Shown here piece by piece: positions 47,759 to 56,599 of a DNA stretch of 64,000 nucleotides; position 1 is the first letter of the stretch; every line of letters starts with the position of its first letter. The notes under the pieces are model-generated. The model saw only the letters and a program-made list of their open reading frames with translations. It had not been told where the DNA came from and searched no databases. Source of the DNA: an uncultured Clostridium sp. (GTDB lineage: Bacteria > Bacillota > Clostridia > Christensenellales > CAG-138); the NCBI GenBank assembly GCA_964612925.1, contig CAZTFU010000005.1:11578-75577 (forward strand), in the 5' to 3' direction. Position numbers and translations under genes: made by a program.

Positions 47759-48037
47759 GGCCCTCTGAAATAAGAAACACACGGTTTTGAGGTGCTATTT
47801 TGCACCCTGACTTTAGAAAAATGCTCGAAGATACGCCCCGGTATCTTACTGCGCTTTTTCTTCGTCATGGCACAAAATATCTACCTCAAAACTGCTTAGC
47901 ACCTAAAAAGAGCAATGTTTGTGCTAAGCACAAGGCACGAGGGCGAAGCCATACTGGAGGTATGACAAGGCCCGAGTAACGAAGCGATTGGCCAAACAGT
48001 GCCTTTTTAGGCGTATGTTTCTTATCTCAGAGGGCCT
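47759..48037 (+). mobile_element. MITE-like element family 1, copy C (non-autonomous, no transposase)
   Basis: The left end is GGCCCTCTGAAATAAGAAACACAC. The right end, reverse-complemented, is GGCCCTCTGAGATAAGAAACATAC. TTA flanks both sides (47756-58 and 48038-40). The full length matches 25932..26211 inverted. Confidence 0.75.
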
Positions 48038-48848
48038 TTACAAGCTTCTTTTCGATATATGCCACGGCATAGTACATAATTGCCGCCAATATGCACAGCA
48101 CGACTATACTCGCCATTACCATATCAAGCTTAAATACCTGCCCGCCGTATACTATAAGATAACCGAGCCCCGCCTTTGACACGAGATATTCACCCACTAT
48201 AACGCCAACCCAGCTCATTCCAACGCTTATTTTTAGCGCATTCATTATAGTGGGCAACGATGCGGGCAGCACCACCATGGTAAATATTTGCAGCTTGCTT
48301 GCGCCGAGCGTTTTCATAAGCAGTTGCTTTTCGCCCGTTATTTCGTTAAAGCCCGCAAGCACCGTCATTATGGTCACAACGTAGGATATTAGCAGTGCCA
48401 TTACTACTATGCTCGCAACGCCCGCGCCGAACCACACAATAAGTATCGGTCCCAATGCTATTTTGGGCAGTGCGTTCAGTACAACAAGGTATGGATCAAG
48501 CACCTCGTTAAGTGCGGGCCACCACCAGAGCGCAACCGCGCTCAGCGTGCCCGCCGCGGTGCCCAATATAAAGCCGAGCACGGTTTCATACAGTGTTATC
48601 CCTATATGCTCAAAAAGTTCACCCGCAGAGTAAAGCCGCGCAACGGTTTCCATTACCCTTACGGGAGAGCTTGCAATAAACGGATCGATTATTCCTATCC
48701 GAGTGAAAAGCTCCCATAGTGCCACCACCGTTACAAGCACCGCCCACCGTGCAAAAGTCACATTGCGCCTGTGGCGGCCTATTGAAGCAAGATAGCGCAT
48801 ATGCTCCGATGAATACTGTGCATCATAACGTTCTTTATGTTTCCGCAT
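48027..48848 (-). CDS. ABC transporter permease (NitT/TauT, SsuC/TauC-like family)
   Basis: Track ORF 48027..48899. The start is moved to ATG 48848. It is a six-TM-type permease with an EAA-like region (LGASKLQIFTMVVLPASLPTIM). The last three codons and the stop lie inside repeat copy C. Confidence 0.8.
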   Translation of the reverse strand: MRKHKERYDAQYSSEHMRYLASIGRHRRNVTFARWAVLVTVVALWELFTRIGIIDPFIASSPVRVMETVARLYSAGELFEHIGITLYETVLGFILGTAAGTLSAVALWWWPALNEVLDPYLVVLNALPKIALGPILIVWFGAGVASIVVMALLISYVVTIMTVLAGFNEITGEKQLLMKTLGASKLQIFTMVVLPASLPTIMNALKISVGMSWVGVIVGEYLVSKAGLGYLIVYGGQVFKLDMVMASIVVLCILAAIMYYAVAYIEKKLVKAL

Positions 48849-49590
48849 GGTCAAGTTCCCCCCATATAGTATTAAAATAGGTTTTGAAGTTTTCCGCATT
48901 GCGCCTGAGCAGCGGCCTTTCCTCGACTATGTCTATATAATGCTCCGCTTTAAGGCTTGTAGGGCGTGCGCTGAATACAAGCACTCTGTCGCCCATGGAT
49001 ATGGCCTCCGAAATATCGTGCGTAACGAGTATTGCCGTTTTGCCTTCGCGTTTGAGTATGGAATGTACCTCATCACAAAGCATCAGCCGCGTTTGAAAAT
49101 CAAGTGCGGAAAAGGGCTCGTCAAGCAGCAGCAACTCCGGCTGCATGGCAAGTGTGCGTATAAGTGCCACTTTTTGCCTCATTCCACCCGAAAGCTGACT
49201 TGGGTATCGCCTTATGAATTCGCCAAGGCCGTATGTGTCTATAAGCTTCAACGCGTATTCGCGCGAGGCGGCGTCAAGCTCCTTGCGTACTTCAAGCCCC
49301 AGTAGCACATTCCCTTCCACCGTGCGCCAATCAAGCAGATGGTCGCGCTGTAACATATAGCCCGATCTTGCGCAGTTCAGCTTAACGCGGCCGCCGCTCG
49401 GTTCGGCAATTCCCGCGGCTATGCTTAATACGCTTGTTTTCCCGCAGCCGCTTGGCCCGACTATCGACACGAACTCTCCCCGCTTTACATTAAAGCTCAA
49501 GTTCGCTATAGCGGCCGTTTCGCCCTGCGCGTCATGATAATTAAGGCTTACGCCGTCAAATTCAAGTATATATGCTTTATCGCCGTTCAT
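48835..49590 (-). CDS. ABC transporter ATP-binding protein (SsuB/TauB-like)
   Basis: Track ORF 48835..49662. The start is moved to ATG 49590, 5 nt after GGAGG. Walker A GPSGCGKTS, signature LSGGMRQKV, Walker B LLLLDEP. Confidence 0.88.
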   Translation of the reverse strand: MNGDKAYILEFDGVSLNYHDAQGETAAIANLSFNVKRGEFVSIVGPSGCGKTSVLSIAAGIAEPSGGRVKLNCARSGYMLQRDHLLDWRTVEGNVLLGLEVRKELDAASREYALKLIDTYGLGEFIRRYPSQLSGGMRQKVALIRTLAMQPELLLLDEPFSALDFQTRLMLCDEVHSILKREGKTAILVTHDISEAISMGDRVLVFSARPTSLKAEHYIDIVEERPLLRRNAENFKTYFNTIWGELDHAET

Positions 49591-49719
49591 ATTGGCCTCC
49601 ATATGGTTATATAACCAATGTATTCCGAATTCGTTCCATCCGTGCGGCAATATGCGGCACATAAACCCGTGGCAAAGGGTAATGCGTCTGCGTATTATAC
49701 TATATAAGGAGGGATAATT

Positions 49720-49905
49720 ATGTTACAGCGAAGGCCGGCAACAGTATATGTAAAAAGGCGGTGCGTAAAACGAAAGACGCTACGCTCCGCCGTGCTGTTC
49801 ATGCTGATTCTTATTGTGCTTCTGTGCTGCGATATCAATTTTTTGCTTGCCGTAATGCTAAGCGGTGCAACCGTTGTGGCACTTAGGCTGCTTACCCTGC
49901 CATGA
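49720..49905 (+). CDS. small hydrophobic protein (hypothetical)
   Basis: 61 aa. A strong RBS, AAGGAGGG, lies 6 nt before the ATG. A basic N-terminus is followed by two hydrophobic stretches. I recognise no family. Confidence 0.4.
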   Translation: MLQRRPATVYVKRRCVKRKTLRSAVLFMLILIVLLCCDINFLLAVMLSGATVVALRLLTLP

Positions 49906-49908
49906 TGT

Positions 49909-51102
49909 TCAGTGGCACTGCTTCATCAATTCGCCGGCCCATTCTTCAATGCTTACGGTGTGGCTGCCCGTTTGGTACAGCAGTGCCTTTATCACCGTAT
50001 TCCCCTTTTGCAGTATCACCGTGGGCATGTGCGTATTATCATAATATGCGCTTTGATAATCTGCGCCCATGTCGCTAAGCTCTATCACCTCATAGTTTTT
50101 CTTTAACCTTGCTGCGCGTGCAAGTTCCTTTGCGGCGGCCCTTGCCAAACCTTCACTTGCCATGGAATAATAATCCACCATAAGCCCGCCCGAAAATTCC
50201 GTACCGTCGCTTTGCTTAACGGTAGCCGTTTCGCGGTAGACGATTATATCCTTCGCAAGCAAATCGTTGCGCCGCTGAACCTTATCCGAGTTCAAAAGGT
50301 TTGTGTTGTGGTATTCCCCGTCAACAATATCCGCTATTGTGGCAAAGGGAAGTTCTTCCGTATATTGCGAAAGCGGAACATCGTTCTTGCCCGATGCATC
50401 ATCGCTCCACCTTATAAGGAACATACATGCCGCCGCTATTGCCGCAAGTGCGAACACCACCCTCGGCACGATATGCGCGGCGCTGCTGCGCCTTACCCTG
50501 TTTGCGATGCTTTCGCCGTTATTCAGCCTGCGCTTTATTTTTTGCAGCATAATAAGCTTCTTTATTTCAAATGTAATGTCTGCCGTTATCAATGCCGCAC
50601 AAAGCAGCACAAGATCCGAACCTATCGCGAGCATACTCGGCAATATCAGGCCCGAAAGTCTCAGCACGGGATATACCAATAGCCAAAAACCGAGTATGAC
50701 CACGTTTACAAGCTGATCCATTACGACCTTTTTCAACGCCATGCTTCTTATCTCCGCATCCGTATTCAGCTCTTGCGCCGCACTGTCCTCACAGCGGTAT
50801 ATATGCGTGCCGTTCCACGAATCGACATACTCCCACCCAAGTTCTGCGCAAAGTGCAATCTTGTCGGCATCGGGCCTTGTGCCGTTATCACCGAAAATGC
50901 CGCCGCGTCTTTCTTCCATGTCAGCCCTGTAGCGCACTTGGCGCGCTTCTCCGCGTTCAAACGATGCAAAGCCCGCAAATAAGGCGTCCTTTTTAACGTG
51001 CAGGCCTTCGCTTGCCATCGTTTCAAAATATGTTTGCAGCCCCTCAATATCATAATTCGAGCAGGGCAACATCCGTATTATCCGTCTTTCACGCTTTGCC
51101 AT
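49909..51102 (-). CDS. DUF2812-family membrane protein
   Basis: Track ORF 49909..51144. The start is moved to ATG 51102, 9 nt after GGAGG. The N-terminal domain (YDIEGLQTYFETMASEGLHVKK ... FERGEARQVRYR) and position after a PadR gene are typical of DUF2812. Confidence 0.7.
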   Translation of the reverse strand: MAKRERRIIRMLPCSNYDIEGLQTYFETMASEGLHVKKDALFAGFASFERGEARQVRYRADMEERRGGIFGDNGTRPDADKIALCAELGWEYVDSWNGTHIYRCEDSAAQELNTDAEIRSMALKKVVMDQLVNVVILGFWLLVYPVLRLSGLILPSMLAIGSDLVLLCAALITADITFEIKKLIMLQKIKRRLNNGESIANRVRRSSAAHIVPRVVFALAAIAAACMFLIRWSDDASGKNDVPLSQYTEELPFATIADIVDGEYHNTNLLNSDKVQRRNDLLAKDIIVYRETATVKQSDGTEFSGGLMVDYYSMASEGLARAAAKELARAARLKKNYEVIELSDMGADYQSAYYDNTHMPTVILQKGNTVIKALLYQTGSHTVSIEEWAGELMKQCH

Positions 51103-51415
51103 AATACATTTCCTCCGTTCTTGCATCGTCTGCCATTGTTTCAAGCCGTCTCAGTTCCGCACGATATGCCCCGCGCCCCTTATCGGTTATGCAATAGGTA
51201 CGCTTGCGACCGTCAACCTGCGTTTCCGCTATGTACCCCTCCGCCTCGAATTTAGCAAGCACGGTATACAATGTTGCAGGCCCTATCTTTATTCTGTCGG
51301 CAGTTTTATCCTGCACAAAATGCACAACCTCCGTGCCGCACATAGGTCCGCGCATAAGTGCCATAAGTACATAAAACATTGATTCGGTCAGGTTTTCCAT
51401 CGCCTTTTTCGGCAT
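51089..51415 (-). CDS. PadR-family transcriptional regulator
   Basis: Track ORF 51089..51496. The start is moved to ATG 51415 behind GGGAGG. The winged-helix sequence is ESMFYVLMALMRGPMCGTEVVHFV...GPATLYTVLAKFEAEGYI. Confidence 0.85.
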   Translation of the reverse strand: MPKKAMENLTESMFYVLMALMRGPMCGTEVVHFVQDKTADRIKIGPATLYTVLAKFEAEGYIAETQVDGRKRTYCITDKGRGAYRAELRRLETMADDARTEEMYYGKA

Positions 51416-51437
51416 TGTTATATCCTCCCTGTCGGGT

Positions 51438-51470
51438 CGATATCGTTTATCGATATCGTGTAACGATATT
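51438..51470. promoter_or_regulatory. candidate PadR operator (repeated CGATATCG palindromes)
   Basis: TCGATATCGTTTATCGATATCGTGTAACGATAT holds two exact CGATATCG palindromes 13 bp apart plus a third half-site. It lies 23-55 bp upstream of the padR ATG. Confidence 0.3.
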
Positions 51471-51553
51471 ATATGCTGCACCTCTTCTGCTGTCAAGGAA
51501 TATAAGCTTTACACCGCGTTCATCCTGTTGCCACGGTTTAATTAAATGTACTG

Positions 51554-51581
51554 TTGACCTTTAGTTTGTGAATGTTATAAT
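51554..51581 (+). promoter_or_regulatory. promoter (extended -10) of the Zn-dependent dehydrogenase gene
   Basis: TTGACC (51554-51559), a 16-nt spacer that includes TGt, then TATAAT (51576-51581). Confidence 0.5.
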
Positions 51582-51644
51582 TAAAGCAAGAAAAGGTTCT
51601 TCCATCCTTTTCCCTAATAATTTATAAGGAGCGATATAACCAAT

Positions 51645-52670
51645 ATGAAAACAGTAGTAGTCGATGCCGCAAAAAGCTTTGCTGATTCTCAAGCACCCAT
51701 GCCCGCCGCGGGTGGAAAATGGGTAACCGTAAAGGTTAAGGACTGCGCCATTTGCGGGTCGGACAATATGTTCTGGCTCAATTACGGCGGACTTGGCTTT
51801 ACTCCCGGCCACGAATTTGCGGGATATATTGAAGATGGCGGCGAATACGGCTTTGAAAAGGGCACAAAGGTGCTTGCGGCCGAATTCAATTCCTGCGGCG
51901 AATGCGAATTCTGCCGCGCCGGTCAGGAACAGCTTTGTGCACAGATGATGCTTGATAATCCGGGCGTATCCGCTCCCGGTGCATACGGTCAGTATGTCAG
52001 GGTTCGCGGCGATTATGTTATACCCATGCCCGAGGATATGTCCACAAGGCTTGGTGCGATAGTTGAACCCGTTGCCGTATCATTGCACGGAGTAAAATAT
52101 CTTAACATACAGAAGGGTGAGGATGTGCTTGTTTCGGGCAACGGCCCCATCGGCATATATGCCGCGGCATGTGCAAAGCTACTTGGCGCGGGCAAGGTCA
52201 TAATGACGGGGCGCAGCCAATCCCGCGTTGATTTCTGCAATACGTTCGACTTTGTTGACGTTTGCCTTTCCGTAAAGGATCCAGAATATGCGGAAAAGAT
52301 CAAGGCTTATACGCCCGCGGGCGGCTTTAAGCACATAATAGACTGCGTTGGTGTTGATGATTACGATTCGCTTCTCGGCCTTGCAAAGTCGGGTGCGACC
52401 ATAGTAATGCTCGGTATGCACGCGGCCAAGGCTTCTTTCACGCCCATGGCACTTTATTTGAAAGAAGCAACGCTTAAAACCGGTCTTTACTTCTCATGGG
52501 AGGATTTCAAGCAGGCATTCGAGCTTGTGCGTGACAACAAGGAACTTTTCATGTCCACAATAACTTCCGTAATTCCCGCTACCGCGGAAGCCATACAAAA
52601 GGCATTTGTTAAGCTGTTCGCTTCCGGCACCAACGATGAATGCAAGATAGTCATCGAACACGAGGATTGA
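51645..52670 (+). CDS. zinc-dependent medium-chain alcohol/polyol dehydrogenase
   Basis: AICGSDNMFW, GHEFAGYIE, structural-zinc cysteines CGECEFCRAGQEQLC, and Rossmann motif VSGNGPIGIYAA. Confidence 0.85.
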   Translation: MKTVVVDAAKSFADSQAPMPAAGGKWVTVKVKDCAICGSDNMFWLNYGGLGFTPGHEFAGYIEDGGEYGFEKGTKVLAAEFNSCGECEFCRAGQEQLCAQMMLDNPGVSAPGAYGQYVRVRGDYVIPMPEDMSTRLGAIVEPVAVSLHGVKYLNIQKGEDVLVSGNGPIGIYAAACAKLLGAGKVIMTGRSQSRVDFCNTFDFVDVCLSVKDPEYAEKIKAYTPAGGFKHIIDCVGVDDYDSLLGLAKSGATIVMLGMHAAKASFTPMALYLKEATLKTGLYFSWEDFKQAFELVRDNKELFMSTITSVIPATAEAIQKAFVKLFASGTNDECKIVIEHED

Positions 52671-52689
52671 TTTCCATCGGTTTTATATT

Positions 52690-52720
52690 AAAAGGGGAGC
52701 GGTCTGACCGTTCCTCTTTT
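52690..52720. terminator. bidirectional terminator between convergent genes
   Basis: AAAA-GGGGAGCGGTC-t-GACCGTTCCTC-TTTT. Confidence 0.65.
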
Positions 52721-52726
52721 AGTTAC

Positions 52727-53206
52727 TCATATGCGCTCGGCACTGAGCATGGTCATGCTCACTTCGCCGTTTGTTATTTCAAGCTTCATAAAGCTTTTGC
52801 TTTTTCCGCCGCGCGGGTCGGACGGGCTGCCGGGGCAACCTATCTGAACATGCGGCATGTATTCTATGTTGGGTATATGCGTGTGCCCGTGCAAGGCAAC
52901 GGAACAATCAAGTTCCCGCGCCCTCAGTCCAATTCTCAGCAAATCGAGTGAAACGGCATACATATGCCCGTGTGTTATGAATATTCTCGCACCGCCAAGC
53001 GTTATAACCTGTTCTTTGGGAATGTCGCCCGAATCGCAGTTGCCCTTCACGCTATACATCGGTTTTTGAGACAGAGATTCAACAATATCCGCCTCTCTTT
53101 GTCCGTCCCCCAAGAATATCCATGCATCCGCTTCCTTGAGGGCATTATATACTCGCTTTGCGGCGGCAGTGTCCCCGTGTGTATCACTGAAAACGCCGAC
53201 TATCAT
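52727..53206 (-). CDS. YfcE/MJ0936-family metallophosphoesterase
   Basis: VFSDTHGD, LGDG, ITHGH and LHGHTH motifs. It follows rdgB, as in Bacillus ysnA-ysnB. Confidence 0.85.
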   Translation of the reverse strand: MIVGVFSDTHGDTAAAKRVYNALKEADAWIFLGDGQREADIVESLSQKPMYSVKGNCDSGDIPKEQVITLGGARIFITHGHMYAVSLDLLRIGLRARELDCSVALHGHTHIPNIEYMPHVQIGCPGSPSDPRGGKSKSFMKLEITNGEVSMTMLSAERI

Positions 53207-53802
53207 AGTTTTTTCTCCGCTTCAAGTGCCGCCTTAAGCTTTTCCAATGCACGTTTGCGGTGACTTATCGCATTTTTGCTTTCTGCATCCATTTCGGCAA
53301 ACGAAAGTCCCTGCGGTTCGTAAAAGAAAAGCGGATCATAGCCGAATCCGTTATATCCCCTCGGCTCACGCAGCAGTCGCCCTTCCACCGTGCCGCGGCA
53401 AACTATGGGTTCCTTATCTCTTCTGACAAGGGCTACCGCGGAAACGAAACGGCAGGTGCGCTTTGCATCGTCCACATTTTTCATCGCCTCGATAAGCTTT
53501 TTATTGTTGGCGGCATCATCGTGTCCGTCGCCCGCAAAGCGCGCGCTGTATACGCCGGGTGCACCGCCGAGCGCATCGACCATAAGCCCGCTGTCATCGC
53601 TCAGTGCGGCATCGGCATCGCACACGTTAAGCACTTCTTTCGCTTTTTTCAAAGCATTTTGTTCAAATGTTTCGCCATCCTCTTCAACGTCTATTACTAT
53701 ACCCGCTTCCTTCAATGAAAGAATATCGCTGAAAAAGCCGCCGAGTATTTCCTTTATTTCGCGCACTTTGTGCGCATTATTGGACGCAATAACAAGCTTC
53801 AT
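53203..53802 (-). CDS. rdgB: XTP/dITP diphosphohydrolase (RdgB/HAM1)
   Basis: Track ORF 53203..53868. The start is moved to ATG 53802 behind AAAGGAG. Motifs are MKLVIASNNAHKVREIKEIL, SGLMVDALGGAPGVYSARF and GFGYDPLF. Confidence 0.9.
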   Translation of the reverse strand: MKLVIASNNAHKVREIKEILGGFFSDILSLKEAGIVIDVEEDGETFEQNALKKAKEVLNVCDADAALSDDSGLMVDALGGAPGVYSARFAGDGHDDAANNKKLIEAMKNVDDAKRTCRFVSAVALVRRDKEPIVCRGTVEGRLLREPRGYNGFGYDPLFFYEPQGLSFAEMDAESKNAISHRKRALEKLKAALEAEKKL

Positions 53803-53831
53803 TCTTGCCGTTTCTCCTTTGTACAAATTAT

Positions 53832-54773
53832 TTATTGGAACGTGTTTGCATAAACGGGTGCACTGCATTCAGCCGTAAAGGCACACACCTCACCCTCCAC
53901 AAACACATTCAGTTCGTTTGTTTCTCCTATCGCACACGCCGTAAGGTACAGCGTGTCGTATGCCGTTTGCATCATGCCTTCAACATACTGCGCCGCAAGG
54001 AATTCCTCGCTCAAATTAACCGTTGCAACGCCGTTGTCAAGCTGAGCACTCAAAAGCCGCGTTCCTTCGGGAAAGCTGTTCATAAGTGCGGAATCCTCGG
54101 GCCCCTTTATAAGCTGTTCTACCGCCGCGGCAAAGCCACGACCCACGGCATACCGCGTTACGGGCACATTCAAACTGCCCGAGGAATTGGCAAAATACAG
54201 CGTCATAGGCTCCGCGCCCGTTGCGGCGGTGCTCAGCTCCCCATCCTCCGCATTCAGCGGAAATGCCGTCATGGTTTGTGAAAGCGTGCTGCCGTTTGGA
54301 AGCTTTGTCACCCTTTCACCGTTGAAGGTTATACTGACGGCGTCTATTGCGGGAAATTCCGAAAGACTGTTGACTATGCTCACTATCATTGCCTGTTCGC
54401 TTTCGGCATCCTTCAGTGCGCCCATTCCGCATAGGTCAAGTGTGGCCACCCCGTCGACTATCCTAAGGGTATAATCCACGCCGTCGGGTATTGTTGCATT
54501 AAGCCCGAGTGCGCTTGTGGCCGCTCGGTTTTCCGCATTGTCAACAAGGTTGCCTATTGCGGCCGCTCCTATGCCCTCTTCCCATGGTATAAGTTTCATC
54601 ACGGGCACGATAAACCCATCGTCATCCCTAAAGTAAAGCACGGTGCGCCTCATACCCGCTTCGCTGTCGGCATCGATGTCATACGGTTCCGCATTTGTCT
54701 CAATATCTCCGCCACAGCCCACAAGCAGCATCGCCACAGTCAAAAGCAGCGTGATATATATTCGCTTTATCAT
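53832..54773 (-). CDS. gerM: GerMN-domain lipoprotein (GerM-like)
   Basis: Lipoprotein signal LLLTVAMLLVGCGG, then two GerMN-type halves (VLYFRDDDGFIVPV... and MTLYFANSSGSLNVPVTR...). Synteny with rdgB matches Bacillus. Confidence 0.75.
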   Translation of the reverse strand: MIKRIYITLLLTVAMLLVGCGGDIETNAEPYDIDADSEAGMRRTVLYFRDDDGFIVPVMKLIPWEEGIGAAAIGNLVDNAENRAATSALGLNATIPDGVDYTLRIVDGVATLDLCGMGALKDAESEQAMIVSIVNSLSEFPAIDAVSITFNGERVTKLPNGSTLSQTMTAFPLNAEDGELSTAATGAEPMTLYFANSSGSLNVPVTRYAVGRGFAAAVEQLIKGPEDSALMNSFPEGTRLLSAQLDNGVATVNLSEEFLAAQYVEGMMQTAYDTLYLTACAIGETNELNVFVEGEVCAFTAECSAPVYANTFQ

Positions 54774-54840
54774 AATTCCGCTCCTCCGTTTGCGTTTTAC
54801 ATAATTATTATTCGCTCACGGTACGGACTATGAATTTTAC

Positions 54841-56580
54841 TTAAAGCTGCTTTATGGCTTTTATCGCTTCCTCCCGCGGAGTAACGAATGCGGTCTTATT
54901 CGTCGTGTATATTACCATGCCGGGCTTTGCACCCGCAATCTTGCGCACAAATTTCTTCTGCGTATAATCAACGGCTACGTTTTCGCTTCCGCGTGCTCGG
55001 CTGTAGTATGCCGCAAGAAGTGCGGCCTGTTCAAGCGTTTCGGTATCCGATTCGCTTGCACCCCTCACTATAACGTGGCTTCCGGGTATATTCTTTGTGT
55101 GCAGCCAAATATCGTTTGGGGAAGCAAACCTAAGTGTCAATTCATCATTTTGGCGGTTATTCTTGCCAACGAATATATCCGCACCGTTCGACGAAACAAA
55201 ATGCATCGGTTTGGATGCGGCCTGTTTCATCTTCTTTTTGCCGTTTTTGTCGCGCTTGATATAGCCCTGTTCCTTGAGTTCATCAATAAGCTCCTCAAGT
55301 TCGTTTTCAGCGGTGCATTTTGTCAAATTATCAAGCTGTCCTTCAAGGTAGCTAAGCTCGTCAAGCGTTTGTTCGCGCTGTACAAGTGCCATATTCCTTG
55401 CGGCCTTCAGCTTTTGATACTTTTTATAGTACCGCTGTGCATTTTCGCCGGGAGAAAGCTGTCTGTCCATTGGAATGGCAATTTTTTCGGGCTCCTGCGC
55501 ATAGTAGTTCAGCACAAACGCCGTGTCCGATCCGCCTTTAAGCGCATGAAGATTTGCCGTAAGCAGTTCGCCGTAAATGCGGCATTGTTCCATCTGTTCC
55601 TCGCAGTTCAATGCATCGGCATACAGGGCAAGTTTTTTTTCGCAACGTTCAATGTTGTTTTGCAACACCTTGCGTGCGCTTGCACCGTGCCGCTTTGCCC
55701 ATTCGCGCTTGTCCGTATTTACATACAGGCTGTCCAAGGCTTTACCTATGCTGTCATATGACTTTATATCATTCCCGTCAAGCTTAAACGGGTACACCGC
55801 GGCGGTTTCACCTATGGCATCAAGCTCCGCACTTACGGTTTCCTTCCCTGCGGCCATATCTTCATAGAATGAAACAAGCTTTTCGGCAAGGAGCTCCTTT
55901 TCCTCTCGGCAAAGCTCATCACACCGTTTTTTTACCGTGTATCTTTGCACAAGCCGACCCGCTACCGCAGGCGAAAGACCGAAAACCGCTTCCGAAAGCG
56001 CCTTACCTATTTCCTTTGTGCCGCAGTCAAGGGCGGCGCATATTTCACTCGCGCTTGCTTTTAACGGGTCAAGCTTGTCCTGCGCGGGTGGCGGGGCATA
56101 TTCAAGCCCCGGCATAACAAAGCGCACACTGCTCATGCCTAAGCCCACATGCTTTATGGCATCAACTATCACGTTGCGCTCGTTCACGAGTATTATGTTC
56201 GAATGCTTACCCATCAGCTCGCAGTACATTGCGTATTCCGCCATATCGCCAAGCTCATTATAGGTTTCTATGGTTATTTTAAGGGTTCTGTCAAGCCTAT
56301 CCTGATCAAAGCCAAGCACCCTTCCGCCCGTGATGCGCTTTCTTAAAAGCATACAAAACATGGGTGCTTCCGAAGGTGCCTGTTTTTTAAGCTCCGTAAG
56401 CTGTGCCCTGTTCCCCGCCACGGATACGTTCAAAAGCAATCTGAAATTCTGCCCGCCGTTTCTTATCAGCAGAATAAGTTCCTCTTTGTCCGTTTGCTGT
56501 ATTTTATCTATTTTGCCGCCCGTAAGCACAGCGCGCATTTCAAGCACCGATGCGTACAGGCTCAGCCCATCCATTGACAT
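54841..56580 (-). CDS. rqcH: ribosome quality-control factor RqcH (NFACT / FbpA family)
   Basis: NFACT-N N-terminus (MSMDGLSLYASVLEMRAVLTGGKIDKIQQ), a coiled-coil middle, and a C-terminal NFACT-R region (WLHTKNIPGSHVIV). Confidence 0.85.
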   Translation of the reverse strand: MSMDGLSLYASVLEMRAVLTGGKIDKIQQTDKEELILLIRNGGQNFRLLLNVSVAGNRAQLTELKKQAPSEAPMFCMLLRKRITGGRVLGFDQDRLDRTLKITIETYNELGDMAEYAMYCELMGKHSNIILVNERNVIVDAIKHVGLGMSSVRFVMPGLEYAPPPAQDKLDPLKASASEICAALDCGTKEIGKALSEAVFGLSPAVAGRLVQRYTVKKRCDELCREEKELLAEKLVSFYEDMAAGKETVSAELDAIGETAAVYPFKLDGNDIKSYDSIGKALDSLYVNTDKREWAKRHGASARKVLQNNIERCEKKLALYADALNCEEQMEQCRIYGELLTANLHALKGGSDTAFVLNYYAQEPEKIAIPMDRQLSPGENAQRYYKKYQKLKAARNMALVQREQTLDELSYLEGQLDNLTKCTAENELEELIDELKEQGYIKRDKNGKKKMKQAASKPMHFVSSNGADIFVGKNNRQNDELTLRFASPNDIWLHTKNIPGSHVIVRGASESDTETLEQAALLAAYYSRARGSENVAVDYTQKKFVRKIAGAKPGMVIYTTNKTAFVTPREEAIKAIKQL

Positions 56581-56599
56581 TTGTACAAACTCCCTTTGT

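Noticed and set aside
49591-49719. Riboswitch in the 5' UTR of the ABC importer operon.
   Set aside because: I recognised no conserved riboswitch core such as the TPP CUGAGA box or the SAM or preQ1 cores. I saw only a GGTTATATAACC palindrome next to the SD.
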